A DNA stretch of 64,000 bases, taken from NCBI RefSeq assembly GCF_006345805.1, contig NC_043006.1, positions 14,508,001-14,572,000 of the forward strand, written 5' to 3'. The DNA is from Octopus sinensis. Lineage: Eukaryota. Of this stretch, positions 27,001 through 42,965 are shown piece by piece; position 1 is the stretch's first letter, and each line of letters begins with the position of its first letter. The notes below the pieces were generated by a model that was not told the DNA's origin, did not search any database, and saw only the letters and a list, made by a program, of their open reading frames with translations. The position numbers and the translations under genes are program-made.

Positions 27001-30000
27001 TCTCCTCAAAGTTACTCCTCCAATAATATTGGAGTATTCACATTCGAATCTGCCAGAACATATTAAAAATGAATGTGCATGTTATCATTCTGATTCTTGC
27101 TGTCCATCATCATCATCATCATCAACATCATCGTTTAACGTCCGTTTTCCATGCTAGCATGGGTTGGACGGTTCAACTGGGGTCTGTGAAGCCGGAAGGC
27201 TGCATCAGGCCCAGTCTGATCTGGCAGTGTTTCTACAGCTGGATGCCCTTCCTAACACCAACCACTCCGTGAGTGTAGTGGGTGCTTTCTACGTGCCACC
27301 CGCACAGGTGCCAGACGGAGCTGTTTTTACGTGCCATGAATGGATGGTGCTTTTATGTGCCACCGGCACGGGGGCCAGGCGACACTGGCAACGGCCACGA
27401 ACGGATGATGCTACGTGCCACCGGCACGGGGGCCAGGCGAGGCTGGCAACGGCCACGAACGGATGGTGCTTTTTACGTGCCACCGGCACAGAGGCCAGTC
27501 GGGGCGGCGCTGGCAACGGGCACGATCGGATGGTTCGCTTACTTGTCACCGGCACTGGTATCACAGCTGCAATTTCCATTGATGTTGATCGACTTCGATT
27601 TTGGTTCTGCTTTCTGATATCTGATTTTGATTTTTTGATTTGTACATAACAATCTAATATACCTACACAGTAACGCTATAAAGACATTTTGGTCTGGTAT
27701 TAGAGAGCTCTCAACCTTAGGTTTCAAACAAAATTTTTATATTACATCAACTTTTTTGCGGAACTTTTCCCAAGGTGATTCAAACTCGGGCGAGGTCATT
27801 GCCAGTGCTGTTGGACTGGCTCCTGTGCAGGTGGCACATAAAAAGCACCATTTGAGCATGGCCGTTGCCAGTACCGCCTGACTGGCCCTTGTGCCAATGG
27901 CACGTAAAAGCACCCACTACACTCTCGGAGTGGTTGGTGTTAGGAAGGGCATCCAGCTGTAGAAACTCTGCCAGACCAGATTGGAGCCTGGTGCAGCCAT
28001 CTGGTTCGCCAGACCTCTGTCAAATCGTCCAACCCATGCTAGCATGGAAAGCGGACGTTAAACGATGATGAGGATGAAATTGTGTGTTTGAAAGAGAGAA
28101 AGAGGGGGGGGTAAAGGAAGGGAGAGAGAGAGCTTTTGATAATTTACCAAATTCTTGCAAAATCAGAGAAACACAATTTAATAAAGTTTAAAGAAATCAT
28201 TTTACAAATGTTACTCTTGACATGCAACAAAATTATAACTAACTAGCAGTATCGCCCGGCGTTGCTCGGGTTTGTAAGGGAAATAACTATATAAGCATTT
28301 TTAGAGAGTTATAGCCAAAAAATAGCAAAAATATGCATTAAAAATGGAAAAAAAAATTGATGGTAAATTTTTTTTAAATCGTTGACTCATCGTAGACATT
28401 TTTAGAGAGTTATTTCCCTTATATAATAGCGAAAAAAATGCATTAAAATGGAAAAAAATGATGGTAAATTTTTTTTTAAATCGTAGACTCATCGTAGACG
28501 CGCGCTAATACCCAGAAGGGCTCGATATGAATCACGACTATAAGATACCCACTTTTGGTTAAACTGCACCGCAAAATGTGGGAGTAGTTAGGAATCTAAA
28601 TTGTAGGAGACAGACACACAACCTCTCTTTTATATATAAAGATTTCATAATTTTCTTTTACCTTTTACCATATTCTTCTTCATAACGAAGAGGTGATTGA
28701 TGCTTGAACTGAAATAAAAACAAATGGAAACATATTAAAACATAGATTAGCTTATCAACATGAATTTATTCTCCATGACTTTAGACATTAACCCTTTTAT
28801 TACCATATTTCTATTGAAATACACTGCCTTGAGTCAATTACATCGACCCCAGTGCGTAACTGGTACTTAATTTATCGACCCCGAAAGGATGAAAGGCAAA
28901 GTCGACCTCGCCGGAATTTGAACTAAGAACGTAATGCCAGATGAAATACCGCTAAGCATTTCGCCCAGCGTGCTAACGATTCTGCCAGCTCGCTGCCTTA
29001 ACTGCCTTTATTTCAAATAGTAACATCATCATCATTTGACATCTGTTTTCTATGCTGGTATGGGTTGGACGGTTTGACAGGAGCTGGCCAACTGGGGAGC
29101 AGTCTGGACCCCAATTGTCTTTTGTGGCGTGGTTTCTACAGCTGGATATCCTTCCTATTGCCAACCACTTTACAGAGTGTGCTAAGTGCTTTTCATGTGC
29201 CACTGGCACAGACACACTTATACAGCACTGACATGAATGCATTATATGTGGCACCAGCACCTGTAAAGGACAGGCTTATGTGTATGGGTGACAGCGATTT
29301 TCCTTAACTTGACATGTCTTCTCAAGTGCAACAAATCACAACTGGCCCCTTGTCGTTTCCTCACTGAGGCCCAGCACCTGAAGGTCCTTTCTCACCACTT
29401 CATCCCACAGCTTCTTGGGTCTACTCCTTCCACAGGTTCCCTCCATGATTAGAGCTTGGCACATCTTTATGCAGCTGTCCTCATCTATATGCATTACATG
29501 ACTAAACCAGCACAGTCTTCTCTCTTCATCATCATCGTTTAACGTCCGCTTTCCATGCTAGCATGGGTTGGACGATTTGACTGAGGGCTGGCGAACCAGA
29601 TGGCTGCACCAGACTCCAATCTTGATCTGACAGAGTTTCTACAGCTGGATGCCCTTCCTAACGCCAACCACTCAGACAGTGTAGTGGGTGCTTTTACGTG
29701 CCACCGGCACGAGGGCCAGTCAGGCGGTACTGGCAACGGCCATGCTCAAATGGTGCTTTTTATGTGCTACCTGCACAGGAGCCAGTCCAGCGGCACTGGC
29801 AACGACCTCGCTTGAATATTTTTTCACGTGCCACCAGCACAAATGTCAGTAAGGCGACACAGGTAACGATCACGCTCGAATGGTGCTTTTTGCGTGCCAC
29901 CGGCACGGAGTCTTCTTGAAGTAATAAAGTAATTAGTAAAATAACTTTGTCATTATTATGTTGGTGTTTACAATATAAATTAACATGAAATTTTGATGGG

Positions 30001-30638
30001 AGGTTTTCAGTTAGATTACATTAAAACATTTTGCATCATCAGAAGTAGGGGTAGTCTCAGGTGGGTTGGTATCAAAAGGGTTAATTTTCATCGAGGAAAT
30101 GAGTTAGCAGAAATGACAATTTCAGACTAAATGTTTTGAGGAATTTAACGGAAAACACCCCACCTTTTTAATTTTGTGAATTTTCAGTAATTTTATCTAG
30201 TATTCCGGATCTTTTGGGGCTCTAAAAATACTGAGATATAATGAAGCCAATTCTCATTGTTGCAGTTCTATATTGAAACCCACTCGGAAAGTAATGGGAA
30301 CCTACATACTGCAAGACATTTTGCCAGATACTATGCCGATTCTATAATAGCATGTATTATCAAAACTTCAAATTACTATAATTATTCAACTACTTGTAAA
30401 CCGAAAAAACATTTGATACACTGAAGCTTTACTCTTTACTCTCTTTTACTTGTTTCAGTCAGTTGACTGCGGCCATGCTGGAGCACCGCCTTTAATCGAG
30501 TAACTCGACCCCGGGACTTATTCTTTTGTAAGCCCAGTACTTATTCTATTGGTCTCTTTTGCCGAACCGCTAAGTAACGGGGACATAAACACACCAGCAT
30601 CGGTTGTCAAGCAATGCTAGGGGGACAAACACAGACAC

Positions 30639-30673
<35 letters not shown>

Positions 30674-31938
30674 CATATATACGACGGGCTTCTTTCAGTT
30701 TCCGTCTACCAAATCCACTCACAAGGCTTTGGTCGGCCCGAGGCTATAGTAGAAGACACTTGCCCAAGGTACCACGCAGTGAGACTGAACCCGGAACCAT
30801 GTGGTTGGTAAACAAGCTACTTACCACACAGCCACTCCCGCTTTATTAAAATACAAGCACAATTAGAAACGTCAACAGAGAATGTACTTGTAAATATCTG
30901 ACACATTCTTGCTTTTATGAGTCTATATTCATATTGGGTTTTTTCAGTTCCCTAGAAAGTGGGGCTTTGCTATTTTTGTAAAAATTGAAGTGTGTTTTAG
31001 TTTTTCTTTTCTTTTTTTTTCTTTTTTTTTTTTTTTTGCAATTAAAGCTTTTTCAATTGATTTTTTAGGAGAAAACTCCCAGGAATTTGTGACGACAATT
31101 TAAAGTGAAAAGTCGAGCCACAGCGAAATTCAAACACAGAACAAGTGAAACAGTAAAGTATTGAACTTAGTGGTGTTATGTTAAGGTATTCACCATGGTT
31201 CCGGGTTCAGTCTCACTGCGTGGAACCTTGGGCAAGTGTCTTCTACTATAGCCTCAGGCCGACCAAAGATTTGGTAGACAGAAACTGAAAGAAGCTCGTC
31301 GTATGTGTGTGTTTGTGTGTCTGTTTGTCCCCCACCCCCAACATCGCTTGACAACCGATGCTGGTGTGTTTACGTCCCCGTAACTTAGCGGTTCGGCAAA
31401 AGAGACCGATAGAATAAGTACTAGGCTTAACAAAGAATAAGTCCTGGGGTCGATTTGCTCGACTAAAGGCGGTGCTCCAGCATGGGCGCAGTCAAAATGA
31501 CTGAAACAAGCTCAAAAGAGCATAAAGATCGAAGCCTAAGGGACGATAATTGCCGACCAATTTAACTTTCGGACTGTAAAGGCGAGGAAGCGGAGTTAAA
31601 AGACCAATTTAAATTTAGATCTGTAAAAGCGAGGATACCCAACATTTTGATGATCATCATCGTAATGATAGATAAAGATCGAAACAATTTTAAAATCAAA
31701 ATTACGATCGACATGAAAGTGATGTCCTTGATCACTTTCAAAGTCAATATTAAGAACTCCAGCAAGGAGGATTTCCTAAATGAAATATTTATAAATAGCA
31801 ACGTGTATATAGAGTCATGGACTAACATCATACATGTTTAGGATATTTGTAAAAAAAATACACCAACGGTTGACTTACTCCGAGGAACCAATTCCGGATT
31901 GTGGCTATGATAGGAGTCACCGACCTCCGCTGAGCCAT
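20359..31938 (-). CDS. NDUFA7: NADH dehydrogenase [ubiquinone] 1 alpha subcomplex subunit 7, 4 coding exons: complement(join(20359..20446,22677..22823,28662..28708,31879..31938)), 113 aa
   Basis: Spliced translation [113 protein letters not shown]. It contains the family signature RTQPPPxLPxGPxHKLSxNYYxTRDxRRE. All introns are GT-AG with consistent phases (60+47+147+88=342 nt). Confidence 0.96.
20926..20961 (+). ncRNA. Minimal hammerhead-like motif with variant core CUGUAGA
   Basis: CUUU CUGUAGA A GAGC guag GCUC GAAACGUA AAAG. Second copy at 54105-54140(-). Confidence 0.45.
22677..22823 (-). CDS. NDUFA7: NDUFA7 coding exon 3 ([28 protein letters not shown]...)
   Basis: Acceptor ctgtctctttctcacttcag, donor gtaagt. 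Most conserved part of the protein. Confidence 0.96.
23547..23921 (-). mobile_element. Non-autonomous Helitron-like element
   Basis: 5' TCtatatatataaac, 3' palindrome actagcactatgacc...ggtcatagtgctagt ending in CTAG. Confidence 0.6.
24705..25162. mobile_element. Non-autonomous DNA transposon fragment (pogo/Tigger-like end ...tatactcgaggatttacggTA); second copy ~43945-44321
   Basis: Two dispersed ~400-bp copies ending tacggta / tacagta. Confidence 0.55.
27105..27620 (-). mobile_element. RTE-related 3' UTR repeat copy with several internal ~60-65 bp subrepeats
   Basis: Repeated ggatggtgctttttacgtgccaccggcac...ggctggcaacggccacgaac units. Confidence 0.85.
28243..28642 (-). mobile_element. Non-autonomous Helitron
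   Basis: Minus strand starts 5'-TC (tctttatatataaaag), has a subterminal GC hairpin cccgagcaacgccggg, ends CTAG, and sits between host A and T. Confidence 0.8.
28662..28708 (-). CDS. NDUFA7: NDUFA7 coding exon 2 ([15 protein letters not shown]+AG)
   Basis: Acceptor tttgtttttatttcag, donor gtaaaa. LRY motif. Phase 0 in, phase 2 out, fitting the neighbouring exons. Confidence 0.92.
30431..30840 (-). mobile_element. tRNA-derived SINE family A (NDUFA7 intron 1)
   Basis: As 6349-6755, reverse orientation. Inverted partner at 31195-31515. Confidence 0.85.
31879..31938 (-). CDS. NDUFA7: NDUFA7 coding exon 1 ([20 protein letters not shown])
   Basis: ATG at 31938, followed by a GTAAGT donor. RNW motif as in the NDUFA7 N-terminus. 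Confidence 0.92.
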
Positions 31939-32077
31939 GATTGAATGAAAACAAACTAACACACTCACTGTAGCTCCGCAGTAAATTCTGATGAGGTGAA
32001 ATAGCTAATGACAAATATATGTAAATGAAACGTAACTAGGGTACTACTAGCGTACAGTGGTCCCGGTGCGCGCACTC

Positions 32078-32446
32078 GCGTATTCTAAATTTTTTATAAA
32101 TTTTATTTAACAAGCTATGGGTACTACTAGCGAACAGTGGTCCCGGTGCACGCATACGCGTAGTCGCGCATCCGCACTAGCTAGTTGTGACTAGTCGATC
32201 CTTACTTTGTGTTTTTGTCTTTAACTTACATTGTTTAACAAAAATTATTTACTTTGTGTGTAATAAAATTATTTATTTTCTGTTTAATTTACTTCGCTAG
32301 GCCGTCGTTGTAGGGATCGACTAGTCACGACTGACTAGCTAGCGCGGATGCGCGACTACGCGTATGCGTGTGCGTACACCGGGACCACTTTTCGCTAGTA
32401 GAAGCCGTAATGAGTTGAATAAAATTTATAAAAAATTTATAAATGC
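32078..32446. repeat. Long imperfect inverted repeat (arms ~32078-32205 and ~32310-32446) within the bidirectional promoter
   Basis: Left arm ...gggtactactagcgaacagtggtcccggtgcacgcatacgcgtagtcgcgcatccgc...gactagtcgatccttac is the reverse complement of gtagggatcgactagtc...gcggatgcgcgactacgcgtatgcgtg...ccgggaccacttttcgctagtag. The AT-rich outer parts also pair. Confidence 0.9.
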
Positions 32447-32539
32447 AAATTAAAGCGATAATTTATTCAGTTTCTGAAATTTACGATATTAATAAAAAAA
32501 AGATATTCACCTCCGTTCTCTCTCGTGACGATCCCACAA

Positions 32540-32548
32540 TCCTTTCCG
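32540..32548 (+). promoter_or_regulatory. TCT / 5'-TOP-like pyrimidine initiator of RPS28 (tCCTTTCCg)
   Basis: Pyrimidine run about 30 nt upstream of the ATG, as expected for ribosomal protein TCT promoters. Confidence 0.7.
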
Positions 32549-32574
32549 CTTGTGCTTCATCGCCATAACACATC

Positions 32575-37004
<4,430 letters not shown>

Positions 37005-37040
37005 GGGCTCCGGTCAAGTTTATTTTATTTGGAGAATGGA

Positions 37041-37046
37041 AATAAA
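37041..37046 (+). terminator. RPS28 polyadenylation signal AATAAA
   Basis: About 36 nt after the stop, followed by a GT/T-rich tract (~37070-37110). Short 3' UTR typical of ribosomal protein genes. Confidence 0.75.
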
Positions 37047-39029
37047 TTTGTGATTGGAAGCTAAACTCTGACTTTTGTTTTGTTTTTTTTTTATTCATTT
37101 TGTGTTGTAAGTTCTTGATGTATCTGTGTACAGTTCCTATGGTGAAAAGATGAAATTTGTGGAGTCTTCCTACGAACCATTGCATCCCAAATTTAGTTAA
37201 TGTCCCCACTAAACCTTCTGATCTTCCCCTTTGTTGATATATTTCTAGTGAAATAGTCTTTTGTCTTAATTTTTAAAATAGTGAATTTTAGTAAAATAAT
37301 TGGTGTATAAGAATGTAAATTAACATGAAATTTTCATGGAAGTTTTTGAGATATTAAAATGTTAGATGGCTTAACTTTTGAATTGTCGGATCTAGCTGTT
37401 AGGTCTCGTTTCATTCACTAGTAGGGTTTACCTTTGAGAGCTTTCACAGGAGCATTTTATTACGCTTGACATCATCAAAACTTTTGGTCATTTTTAACAT
37501 TGTCATCATCATCATCGTTTAGCGTCCGTTTTCCATGCTAGCATGGGTTGGATGTTCTACTGGGGTCTGTGAAGCCAGAAGGCTTCATCAGGCCCAGTCA
37601 AATCTGGCAGTGTTTCTACGGCTGGATGCCCTTCCTATTTGAGCATTTATCTACTTGCTTCTAACATCACAGTTTATTACTGACGATGTCACTCGTGTTC
37701 TGTGCATAGGCATCGTCTGTCTATTCATAACTCGAATGTCTTGTATCAGATCTGCATTACCTCCATCAAATGAAACTTCCAAAACATCCTTCTATGAGAC
37801 TATGTATAGTTAAGTGAGTATCGTAATGAAAGGGTTAAAGTAAGCCTTTTTTCTATTTTTTATTACTTTTATTAACAACACAAAGGAAATAAAAATGACT
37901 TAGCCCTTTAGCATTTAAACTGATTATATCTGGCTCAAGTATTCAACCTGCTTTATGTTCTAACTAGCCAGACAAGATAATGCATGATTAATTCGAAATA
38001 AAGGGTTGAGACGGGAAGTGGAACTGGGTTGCATTTAGAATCTACCAGCAAAAATAACAATTACTTCTTAAGCAAAGAATTATATATTTAATGAAGACCA
38101 GATTTGGCATTTTCTACTGATGCAGCCTCTCTAAATGTTATTTGAAACACAATTCACTAATTATTTAGTCTTTGCTGTTCTGTTAGTGAATGATGCTAAT
38201 TACTATCCCTGGCCTCATTAGTGGCGAAAGTGAAGCAAAATAACTTCAACTACCAATAAAAACAGTTCTGTGCTTAGCTTTAATCGTGAGAATAACAAGA
38301 ACTGCAATTATTTCTTAGACAACAGCAATGAAACATGGACAAGCAGAGTTACATACCTTGTTCATGAATACAACATGCTAATTGTGCAATAGTTGTGAAG
38401 GGGACTTTGATCGAAATGTTTGTAGTCCCTCTTTTCATCTCATCAGTCATGGAGTCCCTAAAATGTGTCATAGACTCAGCACTTTTTCTTTTGACAAAGT
38501 AAGTAAAGAAAATCGGTTTCTAATGGAACCAATAAATAGTTACCAAAGGACTGATGGGTTATCAGAATCAGTAATTTTTGCGTTGGTCACCATCTTTCAT
38601 ATTCAAGATATAAAAATCACTATTGGCATCTGTATTCTGGATTTGTACAGACACAATTCATCTCTTTTAACATTGACTTTTTTGAGCTTGTATGGGTCAG
38701 GTGGAATTCAATGAAGCACCCAGAAAACAGGAAACAAGCAACACCATTTGAATGGTTGTGGCACTTGTTTACAACTAGCAAGCACAAGCATATATTAGCT
38801 TCTTTCAGTGTCTCTAACAGATCCTCTCTCGAGATTTTGGATTGGCCAGTGGGACTGAATCCAAACCATGTGGTTGGGAAATAATTCTGTATTGCATTGG
38901 GTGGACAGTAGTGTCATTGGTTGAAGGTTTTGTGAGATATTGATTAGTTTTAGACTATGGTAGACACCAAAGATGCCATGCATTAGGATTGAACTTGGAA
39001 CCACATGATTGTAAAAACAAGGTGTAATG

Positions 39030-39280
39030 ATTATTAGGACAAGATACTGCAATAGCCTGGGCTTCAGAGGTCCACAGCTCTTCAATATCCTCCTAGAGGA
39101 CCTGCATGGGGTGGATGCAGATGTCTTTAAAATAAAGCTGGACCTCTTCCTGTCAGGTGTTCCAGATGAGAGCAGCTGCATCAAACACTCTCATTCACCA
39201 AATATCAATTGCTAAAGAGCATTCGTGAAGTAAAATGTAGCAACACAATGGCGGTGCCCCAGCTTGTGAGCTGAAACTAG
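39030..39280 (+). mobile_element. CR1/L2-group LINE 3' fragment (family of 7225-7655)
   Basis: YCNSLGFRGPQLFNIL...FKIKLDLFLSGVPDE. Confidence 0.7.
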
Positions 39281-39964
39281 ATGGAATGAGTGTAACAATG
39301 CATTTATTTAGATCAGTGGTTCCCATGCTGATGGCACACTGTTAAATGGTTAGTATTAGGAAGAACATCTGGCCATAGAAACCATGCCACAACAGACAAT
39401 TGTCGTCTGGACAGCTCCACGTCCAACTCATTCCAGCATGGAAAGCAGATGTTGAGTTGTGATGATCTCAACTGTGGTTCATATGAGATTTTGTAATTAA
39501 AATCTATGTGCAATAAATTGGTTGTACTTCTACAATATTTTTTTAACACAATCCCTAATAGTAATTAATTATAAAAAAATGTTTTTTTTTTAAATATAGG
39601 GTTCACCTGAGTAAAATTAAAGTGGTCCATAGGTAAAAAAAACTGGTCGAGAAACACTGATTTAAACTTCGTGGCCGATGCCAGCCTCGCCTGGCACCAG
39701 TGCAGGTAGCACGTAAGAAGCACCCACTACACTCACGGAGTGGTTGGCGTTAGGAAGGGCATCCAGCTGTGGAAACTTTGCCAGATAAGACCGGAGCCTG
39801 GTGCAGCCTTCTGGCTTCCCAGATCCCCGGTCGAACCGTCCGACCCATGCTAGCATGGAAAGCGGACGCTAAACGATGATGATGATGATTTGTCGTTTCC
39901 TGAATATTTTCCCTCGTGGATTACTTTTATTACAGAAAGCATATGTAGCACAGAACCTAATATA

Positions 39965-42900
39965 TCCTGAGCGGCTAACTGGTTTCCGTGCCAGTGAAAC
40001 TTAGAAGGCACCATTCGAGTGTGATCGTTGCCGGAGTGGCTATCTGGCCTCCGTGCTGGTGGCACATAAAAGACACCATTCGAGCGTGATCGTTGCCGGA
40101 GTGGCTATCTGGCCTCCGTGCTGGTGGCACATAAAAGACACCATTCGAGTGTGATCGTTGCCGGAGTGGCTATCTGGCCTCCGTGCTGGTGGCACATAAA
40201 AGACACCATTCGAGCGTGATCGTTGCCGGAGTGGCTATCTGGCCTCCGTGCTGGTGGCACATAAAAGACACCATTCGAGCGTGATCGTTGCCGGAGTGGC
40301 TATCTGGCCTCCGTGCTGGTGGCACATAAAAGACACCATTCGAGTGTGATCGTTGCCGGAGTGGCTATCTGGCCTCCGTGCTGGTGGCACATAAAAGACA
40401 CCATTCGAGTGTGATCGTTGCCGGAGTGGCTATCTGGCCTCCGTGCTGGTGGCACATAAAAGACACCATTCGAGCGTGATCGTTGCCGGAGTGGCTATCT
40501 GGCCTCCGTGCTGGTGGCACATAAAAGACACCATTCGAGCGTGATCGTTGCCGGAGTGGCTATCTGGCCTCCGTGCTGGTGGCACATAAAAGACACCATT
40601 CGAGCGTGATCGTTGCCGGAGTGGCTATCTGGCCTCCGTGCTGGTGGCACATAAAAGACACCATTCGAGTGTGATCGTTGCCGGAGTGGCTATCTGGCCT
40701 CCGTGCTGGTGGCACATAAAAGACACCATTCGAGTGTGATCGTTGCCGGAGTGGCTATCTGGCCTCCGTGCTGGTGGCACATAAAAGACACCATTCGAGC
40801 GTGATCGTTGCCGGAGTGGCTATCTGGCCTCCGTGCTGGTGGCACATAAAAGACACCATTCGAGCGTGATCGTTGCCGGAGTGGCTATCTGGCCTCCGTG
40901 CTGGTGGCACATAAAAGACACCATTCGAGCGTGATCGTTGCCGGAGTGGCTATCTGGCCTCCGTGCTGGTGGCACATAAAAGACACCATTCGAGTGTGAT
41001 CGTTGCCGGAGTGGCTATCTGGCCTCCGTGCTGGTGGCACATAAAAGACACCATTCGAGCGTGATCGTTGCCGGAGTGGCTATCTGGCCTCCGTGCTGGT
41101 GGCACATAAAAGACACCATTCGAGTGTGATCGTTGCCGGAGTGGCTATCTGGCCTCCGTGCTGGTGGCACATAAAAGACACCATTCGAGTGTGATCGTTG
41201 CCGGAGTGGCTATCTGGCCTCCGTGCTGGTGGCACATAAAAGACACCATTCGAGCGTGATCGTTGCCGGAGTGGCTATCTGGCCTCCGTGCTGGTGGCAC
41301 ATAAAAGACACCATTCGAGCGTGATCGTTGCCGGAGTGGCTATCTGGCCTCCGTGCTGGTGGCACATAAAAGACACCATTCGAGCGTGATCGTTGCCGGA
41401 GTGGCTATCTGGCCTCCGTGCTGGTGGCACATAAAAGACACCATTCGAGCGTGATCGTTGCCGGAGTGGCTATCTGGCCTCCGTGCTGGTGGCACATAAA
41501 AGACACCATTCGAGCGTGATCGTTGCCGGAGTGGCTATCTGGCCTCCGTGCTGGTGGCACATAAAAGACACCATTCGAGTGTGATCGTTGCCGGAGTGGC
41601 TATCTGGCCTCCGTGCTGGTGGCACATAAAAGACACCATTCGAGTGTGATCGTTGCCGGAGTGGCTATCTGGCCTCCGTGCTGGTGGCACATAAAAGACA
41701 CCATTTGAGTGTGATCGTTGCCGGAGTGGCTATCTGGCCTCCGTGCTGGTGGCACATAAAAGACACCATTCAAGTGTGATCGTTGCCGGAGTGGCTATCT
41801 GGCCTCCGTGCTGGTGGCACATAAAAGACACCATTCAAGTGTGATCGTTGCCGGAGTGGCTATCTGGCCTCCGTGCTGGTGGCACATAAAAGACACCATT
41901 CAAGTGTGATCGTTGCCGGAGTGGCTATCTGGCCTCCGTGCTGGTGGCACATAAAAGACACCATTCGAGTGTGATCGTTGCCGGAGTGGCTATCTGGCCT
42001 CCGTGCTGGTGGCACATAAAAGACACCATTCAAGTGTGATCGTTGCCGGAGTGGCTATCTGGCCTCCGTGCTGGTGGCACATAAAAGACACCATTCAAGT
42101 GTGATCGTTGCCGGAGTGGCTATCTGGCCTCCGTGCTGGTGGCACATAAAAGACACCATTCGAGTGTGATCGTTGCCGGAGTGGCTATCTGGCCTCCGTG
42201 CTGGTGGCACATAAAAGACACCATTCAAGTGTGATCGTTGCCGGAGTGGCTATCTGGCCTCCGTGCTGGTGGCACATAAAAGACACCATTCAAGTGTGAT
42301 CGTTGCCGGAGTGGCTATCTGGCCTCCGTGCTGGTGGCACATAAAAGACACCATTCAAGTGTGATCGTTGCCGGAGTGGCTATCTGGCCTCCGTGCTGGT
42401 GGCACATAAAAGACACCATTCAAGTGTGATCGTTGCCGGAGTGGCTATCTGGCCTCCGTGCTGGTGGCACATAAAAGACACCATTCAAGTGTGATCGTTG
42501 CCGGAGTGGCTATCTGGCCTCCGTGCTGGTGGCACATAAAAGACACCATTCAAGTGTGATCGTTGCCGGAGTGGCTATCTGGCCTCCGTGCTGGTGGCAC
42601 ATAAAAGACACCATTCAAGTGTGATCGTTGCCGGAGTGGCTATCTGGCCTCCGTGCTGGTGGCACATAAAAGACACCATTCGAGCGTGATCGTTACCAGC
42701 ATCGCCTTACTGTCACCTGTGCTGGTGGCATGTGTAAAAGATTCAAGCAAGGTCGTTGCCAGTACCGCCTGACTGGCCCCATGCTGGTGGCACGTAAAAG
42801 CACCCACTACACTCTCGGAGTGGTTGGCATTAGGAAGGGCATCCAGCTGTAGAAACTCTGCCAGATCAAGATTGAAGCCTGGGGCAGCCATCTGGTTCGC

Positions 42901-42965
42901 CAGCCCTCAGTCATTCGTCCAACCCATGATAGCATGGAAGGTGGACGTTAAACGGCGATGATGAT
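39965..42965 (+). mobile_element. RTE-type retroelement 3' UTR copy with (GAT)n tail hosting the 65-bp array
   Basis: The array runs into the family 3' end cacccactacactctcggagtggttggc...catggaaggtggacgttaaacggcgatgatga. Confidence 0.8.
40016..42694. repeat. Tandem array of a 65-bp unit, 41 full copies plus a partial
   Basis: Unit (cgagy/caagt)gtgatcgttgccggagtggctatctggcctccgtgctggtggcacataaaagacaccatt repeats with exact 65-nt period and no spacers. Confidence 0.98.

Larger units (their letters stand above)
31939..32574. promoter_or_regulatory. Bidirectional NDUFA7/RPS28 promoter region, CpG-rich
   Basis: Divergent ATGs 636 nt apart. Local CpG retention (cgcg runs) against a CpG-poor background. 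Confidence 0.85.

Noticed and set aside
31988-32034. CTGATGA...GAAACGTA hammerhead-like spacing in the promoter
   Set aside because: No convincing stem I or stem II, so probably chance.
40016-42694. CRISPR-like array
   Set aside because: Units are contiguous with no unique spacers, there are no cas genes, the context is eukaryotic, and the unit derives from a retroelement UTR.
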